This document shows, piece after piece, positions 18,639-27,237 of a stretch of 29,868 nt of DNA. Source of the stretch: a virus (Duplodnaviria > Caudoviricetes); the IMG/VR virus record IMGVR_UViG_3300028638_000444, positions 1 through 29,868 of that record; one strand, written 5' to 3'. The number at the start of each line of letters is the position of its first letter. Positions within the stretch are counted from its first letter, which is position 1. The notes below the pieces were generated by a model. It saw only the letters and a list, made by a program, of their open reading frames with translations. It was not told the DNA's origin and ran no database searches. The translations under genes were made by a program, and so were the position numbers.

Positions 18639-18926
18639 GTTTTCTGGTTTTGTTATGAGGATAACTTTTACATGTGTTTCAACATCAGGGACATCAACTC
18701 CTATGAATTGGTTTTTAAAATCTGCTATTTCTAAATCTGCCACATCTTGAACGGTTATACTTCCATTCTGGATAGTTGTACAAGTTGAATTTTTAGAATT
18801 TAGCTCTTCTATTTTTGTTATACCTTTTTTAGTTGCTGCATAACAAAGCATCGGATGTATTTTTCCACTAGGCATTGATTGAAATTGTTTAAAAGTACAA
18901 CCGATTTCTTTTATTGACTTTTTCAT
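18624..18926 (-). CDS. Hypothetical protein (last early gene)
   Basis: 100 aa with GAGG RBS; no motif recognised. Confidence 0.65.
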   Translation of the reverse strand: MKKSIKEIGCTFKQFQSMPSGKIHPMLCYAATKKGITKIEELNSKNSTCTTIQNGSITVQDVADLEIADFKNQFIGVDVPDVETHVKVILITKPENLTFF

Positions 18927-18971
18927 TTTTCCTCTTGTATATCGTATCCTTTTTATTTTAAAAATTCAACT

Positions 18972-19721
18972 TTAAACTTTACTATCGGCAAACGTAGTAA
19001 AGCCAGCCGACTTATCGCGCTTTTTGAAAGTCTTAGACAAAATCTCAAAAGACTTTTTAATTTCGTCTTCTGATTGTTCGCTAAAAATTTTAATATGTTC
19101 GGTCGTTAATGTCCAGTTGATAGACTGCCGTAGATTAGCAACCAGTTTGGCTTTAGCATCGCTGTATCCTTGCGACGTAAGGTAATCAACCAGAGGCTTA
19201 AACTCTTGCGGAACAGCAGAAGGCGTGGCATTATCATCGCAGTTTTGTCCGTTGTCGTTTGCAGTGGCAGTGTCGTTTTGCTTTTCGGAATTAAAAAGGG
19301 GTTCCGGGGTTTCCCCGTTTTCTTTTTCTTTTCTTTCTTTAACTTCTTTTAACTTCTCTTTATTAAGGGGTGAGTATTGGTTCTCTACTTGTTCCCCACT
19401 AGTTCCCCACTTTTTAGCCAATTTACTCGGTGTAGGCTTCTTTATTTTTTGATGTTTTAAAAAGTTAGTGATACGATAGATTCCATTTTTTTCAGAAATC
19501 AAAGAAATTTGTAATAATTCTGATAAATATTTTTCAATTTTTATGTTTTTTTCGTAAGGAAAACATTTTATTTTAATCCATTTTGTATTATTTTCTAATA
19601 AACCTTCATCATCTGCAAAGTTCCATAGAGCAATAAATAAAAGTTTTGCCTTATCGCTTAATTGTGCTATTTTTTCATCTTCCCAAAAATCCGGCTTAAT
19701 CATTCTATATCTTCCGCCCAT
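18972..19721 (-). CDS. Phage replication initiator (lambda O / DnaD-like replisome organiser)
   Basis: N-terminal RMIKPDFWEDEKI..LS..AKLLFIALWNFADDEG and NFLKHQ; low-complexity linker carrying DNA repeats. Confidence 0.8.
   Translation of the reverse strand: MGGRYRMIKPDFWEDEKIAQLSDKAKLLFIALWNFADDEGLLENNTKWIKIKCFPYEKNIKIEKYLSELLQISLISEKNGIYRITNFLKHQKIKKPTPSKLAKKWGTSGEQVENQYSPLNKEKLKEVKERKEKENGETPEPLFNSEKQNDTATANDNGQNCDDNATPSAVPQEFKPLVDYLTSQGYSDAKAKLVANLRQSINWTLTTEHIKIFSEQSEDEIKKSFEILSKTFKKRDKSAGFTTFADSKV
19338..19411. repeat. Iteron-like repeats within the replication initiator (candidate origin)
   Basis: GTTCTCTACT / GTTCCCCACT / GTTCCCCACT at 19380, 19391 and 19402 (11-bp period), plus TTTAACTTCT x2 at 19338 and 19348 beside a polypyrimidine tract. 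Confidence 0.6.
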
Positions 19722-19741
19722 GTTGTTAACCTCTATTTTGT

Positions 19742-20185
19742 TTATTTATTTTCTAATACTTCGAAAACACAATCTTGTGAAAAATCATCTATTCTAGGAT
19801 TTTCATTTCTGCTACAACAAAGTCTAAATGATGACTCCATATATTTAACAATACCTTCAAAGATAATAGGTTTTTCTATATTTTTAATAGGCAATGTTAT
19901 TCGTAATCTATCGTTTTCAAAAATAAGACAATTATGTTTATCTTTTTTGCCTGTACACATACCGACTGTTTCTGGTACAACTTCAATGCAAACAATTCCT
20001 CGAGGCATATTCCAATCACTGAAAGAGTCTTGAATAATTATATGTTTATAATCTTTTTCTATTTTTTCTTCATCTTTCCCATCGGTTAGAGAAGCAGGCG
20101 TATAAGGCAAATGCTTATGATAAGCTCCATAAAACCAGTTCCCTTTCGCCGTTTTTCCTCTTACTAAAAATCTATCATTATTCAT
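19742..20185 (-). CDS. YopX-family protein
   Basis: RGK...W.YG and V.PETVGMCTGKKDKH...IFEND motifs. Confidence 0.88.
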   Translation of the reverse strand: MNNDRFLVRGKTAKGNWFYGAYHKHLPYTPASLTDGKDEEKIEKDYKHIIIQDSFSDWNMPRGIVCIEVVPETVGMCTGKKDKHNCLIFENDRLRITLPIKNIEKPIIFEGIVKYMESSFRLCCSRNENPRIDDFSQDCVFEVLENK

Positions 20186-20195
20186 TTTTTACCCT

Positions 20196-21902
20196 CTATT
20201 TATAATTTGCTTCTATAATTGCTTTTGCCACTGGTGGACAAACAGAATTACCACACATTCTAACTTGATCAGTTTTTGTCAATTTTACCCCGTCATAAGT
20301 AAAATCAAATTTATATTTTTTAGGAAATCCTTGTGCTGCGAACAATTCATGCGGTTGTAACATCCTCATACCAATGTCGCTAATGGCATATTCTTCGCCG
20401 TCTATTTTGCATATTATAAGACCCAGTCTGTCTTTTGTTGTTATCGTAGGCATAGGGTCTTTTATGTTTGCTCCGTTTCTGTCTGATTTATAATATTTAA
20501 GGAGAAACGCTCTGACTTCTCCAAAATGAATACCGCCTGCAGATATTGTCTGCAGTGGTTCATCTGTTTTATGTCCGTAGTTTGTGCCTCTAAATTTTAC
20601 TATGTGAGAGGTTACCAGGGAATTATGATCTACTGATGTAATCGTTCCTAGCGGTTTGTCTGCGGCTGATCCAACGGCTCCTGTAAAATGTTTTGCCATA
20701 AACGCACTAACAAGAGCATATCTCGGAGACGAATCTATTGTCATGATAGGCTCGTTAAGTTTTTGCCCTCTCGTTTCGTTTTTAGATTGTTCGCTATGAT
20801 ATTGTATTAATGTTGGAGCAATTAAAGCATGATGACCGCCTGTTGTTATCGTTTTAAGAGGTTCTTCAATATGCCCTCCGGAATGCCCGGTAGTATTGCA
20901 TACAAGATAAGGCGTAACAAGCATTTGGTAACCTTCCGCACAAATCGTTTTAACTGGCTTTTCTATAGTGTCAAATTTACTGTAAGAAGTATGACTTTTT
21001 AAAATAGGCGATACAACCGCAAATCCGTGCTTAGCGGTAATTGTCGGCATAGGCTTATTTATGTCTTGTCCTCTGACAGATTCTCCGCCATGGTTAACTT
21101 GAATAATAAAAGGTTTAGGATTATTTACAACATATTTCATCACACCTTTAGCAATACGACGTAAGGTATTATCTTTAAGCGGTCTTTTACGGTCAAATAT
21201 TGACGGACACGGTATTGACCAATCTATACAGTCTGCCGCCGTCTTCCAAGGTTTTAACCCTTTTTCTTTTGTGTTTTTTTTTGTTGGGTCTCCGTGAGTT
21301 GGTTCGGGCCATACAATAGGCTTACCGTCGCAACGACAAATTATGAATAATCTTTTACGGCTTGTAGGAGCGCCGTAATCGCACGCCTTAAGTTCTTTAT
21401 ATTCGATTTGATAACCTAATCCACCTAATGCTTTCAACCATTTGTGAAATGTTTCCCCTTTTCTATCAGGGTCAGGATAATCGCCTTTAAGCGGTCCCCA
21501 AGTCTTAAACTCTTCAACATTTTCAACTACTATCATTTTCGGACGAACTTCTTTCGCCCAACGAACTACAACCCATGCAAGACCTCTTATTTTTTTACTT
21601 ACTGGTTTTTTGCCTTTAGCTTTCGAAAAATGCTTGCAGTCGGGACTTGCCCACATCAAAGACACAGGCTTACCATTTGTAGCTTCAACAGGATTAACCT
21701 TAAATATATCCTCGACAAAATGCTTTGTTTGCGGATGGTTGGCGGCGTGCATACCCAAAGCAACAGCGTCGTGATTAATTGCTATGTCAGGATAACGTCC
21801 TGTTGCAAGTTCAATACCGGTGCTTGCTCCGCCGCCACCGGCAAAAGAATCAACTATCAAATCGTTATAAGTATTAGGTAATATATATTGACTATTTAAC
21901 AT
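20196..21902 (-). CDS. DNA (cytosine-5) methyltransferase
   Basis: DSFAGGGGAS (motif I), SPDCKHFS (IV), ENVEEF (VI), TSRKRLF (VIII), RML...AQGF (IX) and GNSVCP (X); repeated P..TI segments in the variable region. Confidence 0.95.
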   Translation of the reverse strand: MLNSQYILPNTYNDLIVDSFAGGGGASTGIELATGRYPDIAINHDAVALGMHAANHPQTKHFVEDIFKVNPVEATNGKPVSLMWASPDCKHFSKAKGKKPVSKKIRGLAWVVVRWAKEVRPKMIVVENVEEFKTWGPLKGDYPDPDRKGETFHKWLKALGGLGYQIEYKELKACDYGAPTSRKRLFIICRCDGKPIVWPEPTHGDPTKKNTKEKGLKPWKTAADCIDWSIPCPSIFDRKRPLKDNTLRRIAKGVMKYVVNNPKPFIIQVNHGGESVRGQDINKPMPTITAKHGFAVVSPILKSHTSYSKFDTIEKPVKTICAEGYQMLVTPYLVCNTTGHSGGHIEEPLKTITTGGHHALIAPTLIQYHSEQSKNETRGQKLNEPIMTIDSSPRYALVSAFMAKHFTGAVGSAADKPLGTITSVDHNSLVTSHIVKFRGTNYGHKTDEPLQTISAGGIHFGEVRAFLLKYYKSDRNGANIKDPMPTITTKDRLGLIICKIDGEEYAISDIGMRMLQPHELFAAQGFPKKYKFDFTYDGVKLTKTDQVRMCGNSVCPPVAKAIIEANYK

Positions 21903-21986
21903 TCATTTCCTCGATAAAAAATATACGGCCGCAAAATATGCAGCAACTAAAATTATGATCAAGATGTAAATAAAAAATTCTTTCAT
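21903..21986 (-). CDS. 27-aa hydrophobic membrane micropeptide (MKEFFIYILIIILVAAYFAAVYFLSRK)
   Basis: Hand-translated. TAATG overlap with the upstream micro-ORF, GAGG RBS, and its TGA abuts the MTase ATG. Confidence 0.7.
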   Translation of the reverse strand: MKEFFIYILIIILVAAYFAAVYFLSRK

Positions 21987-22066
21987 TAAAACCTCAAAAA
22001 TGCAGAGAAATAAAGCAATACTGTTAGCCAGAAACAAACAACAATGATATAAAACCATTTTTTCAT
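21986..22066 (-). CDS. 26-aa hydrophobic membrane micropeptide (MKKWFYIIVVCFWLTVLLYFSAFLRF)
   Basis: Hand-translated. ATGA overlap with the upstream gene stop; GGAG and GGGA upstream. Confidence 0.7.
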   Translation of the reverse strand: MKKWFYIIVVCFWLTVLLYFSAFLRF

Positions 22067-22263
22067 ATTCCCAGTTCTCCGTCTTCTTTCTTTCTGTAAT
22101 AATCGTCTAGCATCGACTGAAATACAGCTATCTGATAATCAGCCTGCTGTTGTGTCATCTTGCCTTCAAGGATCTGTTTTGGGTAAACAGATTTGCGGAA
22201 AGCAAGCTCTCTCTTCAAAGCATCTCTTTTTTGTGTTGTCGTTATTTTAATTTTAGTTGGCAT
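22063..22263 (-). CDS. Phage hypothetical protein (66 aa)
   Basis: Start moved to MPTKIK (GGAG RBS); RELAFRKSVYP...GKM...AD.QIA motif resembles small helical phage proteins. Confidence 0.7.
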   Translation of the reverse strand: MPTKIKITTTQKRDALKRELAFRKSVYPKQILEGKMTQQQADYQIAVFQSMLDDYYRKKEDGELGI

Positions 22264-22765
22264 TTTTTTTAATCTCCGTTTTAAAGTTATGAGCAATAAG
22301 CACGCTATCGGCGTTCTCGAGATTTAATTTTTCCGAAAGGTAAGGATATAACCTCTTTGCTATATCAAGAGCTGCCTTTTTTAATTCCTTTCTCCCTTTT
22401 ATTCCCTTCGGAAGAACGTTCTTTTGCCAATCCTTTGAATTAATTACCGTATAGCCTACTTCGCACTCCTCAAGAGCTATAAGCTCAGATTCGAAGCAGC
22501 GAAACGCATTGATAGAAATCTGCATAAACATGGTGCCGGCCATGAATGGCTTTTCCATGTAACAATGAATGTCATTTGCCCCAGATTTTATTTGTGTTAG
22601 AAGCTCACACATCCCCGGATAATCAATCCGGGTAATGTGCTTTACTTTTTTTGTATAGTCAAGCTCTTCTTTTGTCGGTAATATATGCAACGCCATTATG
22701 TTTAAATTTGTATCATAGACTGATAGGCTGCCGGTAGTTCCGTTATCGAGACCTAATATTTTCAT
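22253..22765 (-). CDS. RuvC-like Holliday junction resolvase
   Basis: ILGLDNG, YMEKP, WQK and ADSVLIA RNase H-fold acidic motifs. Confidence 0.85.
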   Translation of the reverse strand: MKILGLDNGTTGSLSVYDTNLNIMALHILPTKEELDYTKKVKHITRIDYPGMCELLTQIKSGANDIHCYMEKPFMAGTMFMQISINAFRCFESELIALEECEVGYTVINSKDWQKNVLPKGIKGRKELKKAALDIAKRLYPYLSEKLNLENADSVLIAHNFKTEIKKNAN

Positions 22766-23289
22766 TCGTTATCGTCCCCCTCTTCTTTTTCCGCATTTTC
22801 ATCATTGTTTGAAATATTTTCATCTTTAACTTCAATAGCTTCACCGGCTGGCAAGCAAAGAGTTACTGGCTTAATTTCCCTTTTTTTTGAAGCTTTCCAT
22901 TCTTCATAAAGTCTATGATCATCAAGGTCAAGTTCAACTTCTTTAATAACATCTCCAGTTTGTGGATGTAAAATGTATTTTAATCCTTTGTCGAAATCGT
23001 AACGGACTTTGCATGTCGCCATTTTGTTTTCAGATTTCTTTGTTAAATCACTGCAGAGTTTGGATATATCTTTATTTACTCCGGAGAGTCTTTGATTAAA
23101 TTCTTGCATAGCTTCTTTTCTTTCCATCATAATTTCATTGATGATTCTATGTGAATCAACAAGCTGATCACTTTTTTCTGCAAGTTCTTCAGGTGAAAAG
23201 TGAATATCTACAGGATATTCAGTCGTACAAATCATTGGTTCTTCTTGTGCTCTTTTAGCTTTGTTCTGTTTTTTTAAATTTTTCTTCAT
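22762..23289 (-). CDS. Hypothetical protein (coiled coil, acidic tail)
   Basis: 175 aa ORF with GGAG RBS, coupled to the resolvase gene. Confidence 0.7.
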   Translation of the reverse strand: MKKNLKKQNKAKRAQEEPMICTTEYPVDIHFSPEELAEKSDQLVDSHRIINEIMMERKEAMQEFNQRLSGVNKDISKLCSDLTKKSENKMATCKVRYDFDKGLKYILHPQTGDVIKEVELDLDDHRLYEEWKASKKREIKPVTLCLPAGEAIEVKDENISNNDENAEKEEGDDNE

Positions 23290-23292
23290 TTG

Positions 23293-24885
23293 TTAAGCTC
23301 CTTTTTTTATATTTAACGCTTTGTCGATTTGAGTCTGTTTATCGATAAGCATTTTTGATAATTTAACATCTATTGAACCATCTACAATTAAGTGGTAAAC
23401 CATAACCGTATTTTTCTGACCGATTCTATGACAACGGTCTTCTGCCTGGCTGACATTTCCTGGTACCCAGTCAAGCTCTGCAAATATAACCGTTGAACTG
23501 GCCGTAAGCGTGATACCGGCTCCGCAAGCCAAAATTGAACCTATAAAAACCTTTATATTTTTATTCTTTTGAAAGTCTTCGATTGCTTTCTGTCTGTCCT
23601 CAGGTTTGTCATCTCCGGACAACTTTACGGCTTCGGCGCCGAACTCATTTTTTAAAGCGCTTATTACGGCATTATGATGGGCGAAAACAACGACTTTCTC
23701 CGTATTCTCGAGTGTTTCCTTTACGAAGTCTACAATCAGCGGAATTTTAGCCACAGCGGTATTTTTACGGGCCAGCGCAAGCTCTCCTATGTCTCCGTAT
23801 TCGTCAAAATCAAGGTCTTGAATTATTGTTGCATAATTCACATCGCCAAAAAGATGTAAAAACTTCTGTTCTCCTTTGATAGCTTCTCTTAATTCTTTTG
23901 TATTTGCTTCAAATATTATCGGCTGTCTGATTTTATCCGGGAGTTCAGTCAAAACATCTGCCTTCATTCTGCGGATCATAATTGAAGCTCTTAGCTTTGT
24001 CTGAAGCTCTTCAAGATTTTTAGCGCCTTTATACTCCATAAAACCATAATAATTTTTATGCAGATCGGCATACCTTTCCATGAATGTGTACCAGTCCATT
24101 TCAAAACCAAGCCGTTTTATAATTGTGTAAAGTTCATTTGGTCTATTAACTATTGGAGTCCCTGTCATATGAATATTTCTTAGAGTTTTTTTACAGATTA
24201 AACTTGTTGCTTTTCCTCGGCTTTTAGCATTGAGTTTTTTGCTTTTTGTTTTTTCGTTTTTTGTGAGATGAACCTCATCTGCTATGATTAAATCAAAGAA
24301 GGTGTTTTCAAAAGTTGCTAAAAGATTTGCCAGACGATTGTAAGAACAGATTAAAATATCTTCATTGTTATAATCTTCAGGAGTGTCAACAATCTTAATT
24401 GAAAGCGGTTTTGTAAGCCATTTTTCAAGCTCATTTTTCCAGTTATACTTAAGAGATGCCGTAGCAAGAACAAGCACTTTTTTTATTGCCGGCACGTTGT
24501 TAATTGTGCCGATTGCCTGGATTGTTTTACCGAGTCCCATTTCGTCAGCGAGAAGAACATTGTTATGATTCATACAGAATTCAATACCGGCTTTCTGAAA
24601 CGGAAGATAATCAAGTCCTTGCGGACATATAAGTTTTATGTCTGAAGAGGCTTTCTTCGAAGATTCAATTCTCTTTTCAATTTCTTGTTTCTTCTTATTT
24701 ATTATCTCAGCCGTTTCAATAGTTGCATGATTAATTAGTTTAAAAGCAGTAAGAACGTCTTTCGTCTCCCAGTGCTTTAAATTGTGATTCCAGGCAAAAC
24801 CTGCAGCCTTTGGAATATCCTTATCTATAGGAAAACACGTAACAAAAAACTTCTCTTCGAATGCTGAATATTTAAGTTGAATCAT
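23293..24885 (-). CDS. SNF2-family helicase/translocase (SMARCAL1/HARP-like)
   Basis: LADEMGLGKT, DEVH, TGTPIVNRP, MIRRMK, GAGITLT and QAEDRCHRIGQ. Confidence 0.93.
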   Translation of the reverse strand: MIQLKYSAFEEKFFVTCFPIDKDIPKAAGFAWNHNLKHWETKDVLTAFKLINHATIETAEIINKKKQEIEKRIESSKKASSDIKLICPQGLDYLPFQKAGIEFCMNHNNVLLADEMGLGKTIQAIGTINNVPAIKKVLVLATASLKYNWKNELEKWLTKPLSIKIVDTPEDYNNEDILICSYNRLANLLATFENTFFDLIIADEVHLTKNEKTKSKKLNAKSRGKATSLICKKTLRNIHMTGTPIVNRPNELYTIIKRLGFEMDWYTFMERYADLHKNYYGFMEYKGAKNLEELQTKLRASIMIRRMKADVLTELPDKIRQPIIFEANTKELREAIKGEQKFLHLFGDVNYATIIQDLDFDEYGDIGELALARKNTAVAKIPLIVDFVKETLENTEKVVVFAHHNAVISALKNEFGAEAVKLSGDDKPEDRQKAIEDFQKNKNIKVFIGSILACGAGITLTASSTVIFAELDWVPGNVSQAEDRCHRIGQKNTVMVYHLIVDGSIDVKLSKMLIDKQTQIDKALNIKKGA

Positions 24886-25169
24886 TTGTTTATCCTAGAA
24901 AATTGAGATTCTATAAATTCAAATCCGTACCTGATAAATTTTTTATCAGATATTAGATGTTTCCCTTTTGCTCGAGAACAACATTTTGCTACAATATCGA
25001 TATTCCCAAATTTCAATAAATATTTCCCATTCATTCTTATAGGAATTTTTACTTCATTATCTTCTACAAAAATAACTTTTCCTATAATGTTTTTAATTTC
25101 TTCCAATGTCGTTATAGGTTTATTGTTGGCTATTAATCTGCCACCCGCTGATAAATCTATTGGTATCAT
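24882..25169 (-). CDS. Hypothetical protein
   Basis: 95 aa, GGAGG RBS, ATGA overlaps at both ends. Confidence 0.65.
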   Translation of the reverse strand: MIPIDLSAGGRLIANNKPITTLEEIKNIIGKVIFVEDNEVKIPIRMNGKYLLKFGNIDIVAKCCSRAKGKHLISDKKFIRYGFEFIESQFSRINK

Positions 25170-25489
25170 TTATTTATATCCTCCATAGTAATAATTGGCA
25201 TACTGCATTTTTTTGCAATTAAATTTTCTATTGTTGATCCTTCTGATGTTTTTCTTTTTGGGATTTCCAGAACAGCATCAGCCTCTTCCATAAGTTTGAG
25301 ATCATCAAACATGCAGCAACGTTCACTTCTTTTGGCCATATGAGATTCTGTTCTTATTGGCGACAACGGAATAAGTCCTGCAGCAATGATTGCTTTCTCT
25401 GCGGCTTCAAACTCTTTTTTATAATTTGGGTTATTTGTTATAGCTCCACTGATATAGATTTTGTATATAGCTTTACCGTTGATTATCAT
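25166..25489 (-). CDS. DUF4406-like (nucleoside deoxyribosyltransferase-fold) protein
   Basis: Start moved to MIINGK (GAGG RBS); KIYISGAIT..PNY...F..AE, ADAV and SEGSTIE..IA motifs. Confidence 0.82.
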   Translation of the reverse strand: MIINGKAIYKIYISGAITNNPNYKKEFEAAEKAIIAAGLIPLSPIRTESHMAKRSERCCMFDDLKLMEEADAVLEIPKRKTSEGSTIENLIAKKCSMPIITMEDINK

Positions 25490-25499
25490 TTTATCCTCT

Positions 25500-25685
25500 T
25501 TAATACCTTGATTCGCTGCTAGCACAACAATGACCTTTAATGACAACTTTTTTATAATGTTCTTTGCAATATAATGTACCACAATCTGAACAATACTCTG
25601 TTGCTGGTTCATGGCATATACAACATTTTGCAGTTCCATTTTTCATTTCTTTTTCTGCCCGTTCGATTCTTTCTTTATTAAACAT
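25500..25685 (-). CDS. 61-aa zinc-finger protein
   Basis: CxxC-x7-CxxC-x4-CxxH pattern; fills the gap between neighbours. Confidence 0.7.
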   Translation of the reverse strand: MFNKERIERAEKEMKNGTAKCCICHEPATEYCSDCGTLYCKEHYKKVVIKGHCCASSESRY

Positions 25686-25693
25686 TATGCCCC

Positions 25694-27028
25694 CTAAAAC
25701 TCCGCACCGATTTCGCCGTCTTCGATGAGTATTCCGCTACCTTCAGCGCCGACCTTTTCAATCCAAACCTGAGCATCATTTGCCTGAGCCATTTCACTAA
25801 CCAGCTTCAAACTTGATTCGTCCAGGAAGGAACCTTGCTTCATAAGAATTACTTTTATCTTTGGATTGCTTGCTAATGCGATTGAAAGCCCTATCTTTAT
25901 CTTTTCTGCATCGGAGCAACTGCTGAGAGGTTTATCATTGTATTTTATGCCGGCATTATCAAAATAAAGCCCTTCAATCGGCATCTTTGTGTTGGCGACT
26001 AAGTCGATTTTTTCTTGTTTTGCTTTTTCAATTTCTTTTGTAAGTTTTTCGGATTCAGCTTCTTTTTGTTTTTGCAGAGAGATAAGTTCATTTTTCTTAT
26101 TTGCTTCTCTGATTTTTGCATTGGTTTCATTTATCTTTTCTATTTCAACAATCACTTCTTTATCGGTTTTTTTATTTTCTATAGATTTTTTAAGTTTGGA
26201 CTGTTGTACATCAAGCTCCGCTATTTTTTTGATTTCTACATTTTTTAAATCTTGCGAAGATTTAATTTGTTCTTTTTTCTTTAGAATTTTTTCTTGAATT
26301 TTTATTATTTCATCTTCCAAAGATTCTATTTCAGATGCCGTCTCTTTTATAGACTCATCTTGTTCGTCAAGATTTTTGTATGCACGATTTATAGTATCTT
26401 GTAAGTCTGTGAGTTTTAGGTTCTGATCATCAATAGATTTGTTATATTCGTTTATTTCTTCAAGTTTTTTTGTTAAACTTGAAATACTAATCTCTTCTGT
26501 AGGAAGATTAGCCTCTGCGACTATCCCATCAGCCTGAACCTTATAAGAATCGGCTTCACGGTTGACATTTGTTCTCTGGTCGTATTTTGTTTTTATCGTT
26601 TCATCTATGTCAGAGGTATCAAGCCCGGTTAATTTCTTAAGGAGAGCGATTTGTTCGCTTTCTTTCATCAGCACTATTGAAGATGGATCGAAAGACAGAA
26701 TATTTGTCATTCCGTCAAGCATTTTTTGAGGACTCGCATATTTGTCGCCGTTTTTAGAAGTTATTGTCAGATAAGAGGCTTTTTTCGTCCAGCGCCTTGT
26801 TATAATAATATCATCAAGATCTAATACAACTTCAGCATTTCCTTGACCGTCTCTGATAGGTTCTTCAAAGTTCTTTCCTGTCAGCGCTGCAGTGATCGCA
26901 TCAAGAACGGAGCTTTTGCCCTGCGCATTGTTTCCCTTCAGTATAACTGTCCCGGATTGTTTATCCGGAACAATTTGCACTGCTTTTAACTTCTTAAAAT
27001 TTTCAGCTTTTAGTTCAATTATTCTCAT
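25694..27028 (-). CDS. Rad50/SbcC-like ABC ATPase with coiled coil
   Basis: ENFK, Walker A GNNAQGKSS, long coiled coil, degenerate signature CSDAE, GSFLD and QVWIE. Confidence 0.88.
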   Translation of the reverse strand: MRIIELKAENFKKLKAVQIVPDKQSGTVILKGNNAQGKSSVLDAITAALTGKNFEEPIRDGQGNAEVVLDLDDIIITRRWTKKASYLTITSKNGDKYASPQKMLDGMTNILSFDPSSIVLMKESEQIALLKKLTGLDTSDIDETIKTKYDQRTNVNREADSYKVQADGIVAEANLPTEEISISSLTKKLEEINEYNKSIDDQNLKLTDLQDTINRAYKNLDEQDESIKETASEIESLEDEIIKIQEKILKKKEQIKSSQDLKNVEIKKIAELDVQQSKLKKSIENKKTDKEVIVEIEKINETNAKIREANKKNELISLQKQKEAESEKLTKEIEKAKQEKIDLVANTKMPIEGLYFDNAGIKYNDKPLSSCSDAEKIKIGLSIALASNPKIKVILMKQGSFLDESSLKLVSEMAQANDAQVWIEKVGAEGSGILIEDGEIGAEF

Positions 27029-27046
27029 TGTTTAATCTCCTTTTAA
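27025..27046. repeat. 22-bp direct repeat, copy 1
   Basis: TCATTGTTTAATCTCCTTTTAA, identical to 27234..27255. Confidence 0.95.
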
Positions 27047-27237
27047 TTTATTTCTGTAAGCGGACAATTATCACATCTTCTTGTTTTGTATATATATTTC
27101 CCATTTTCATATTTATAAATCGCTTGTCTTTTGCCTGTTATCAGACAATAGAAAATTCTATTTTTTTTCTCTTTGCGCTTAAAAAATTTACAATCATTCG
27201 CATTGGGTGGCATTGTGAAATTGTTAATTCCTATCAT
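27043..27237 (-). CDS. 64-aa basic Cys-containing protein
   Basis: AAGGAG RBS; C..F...YC...CDNCPL; bounded by the 22-bp repeats. Confidence 0.7.
   Translation of the reverse strand: MIGINNFTMPPNANDCKFFKRKEKKNRIFYCLITGKRQAIYKYENGKYIYKTRRCDNCPLTEIN

Noticed and set aside
21903-22066. Micropeptides as holins or a lysis cassette
   Set aside because: They are in the early module, are very short, and have no adjacent endolysin.
20196-22765. Methyltransferase plus nuclease as a restriction-modification system
   Set aside because: The nearby nuclease has RuvC-type resolvase motifs; the MTase looks like an orphan phage enzyme.
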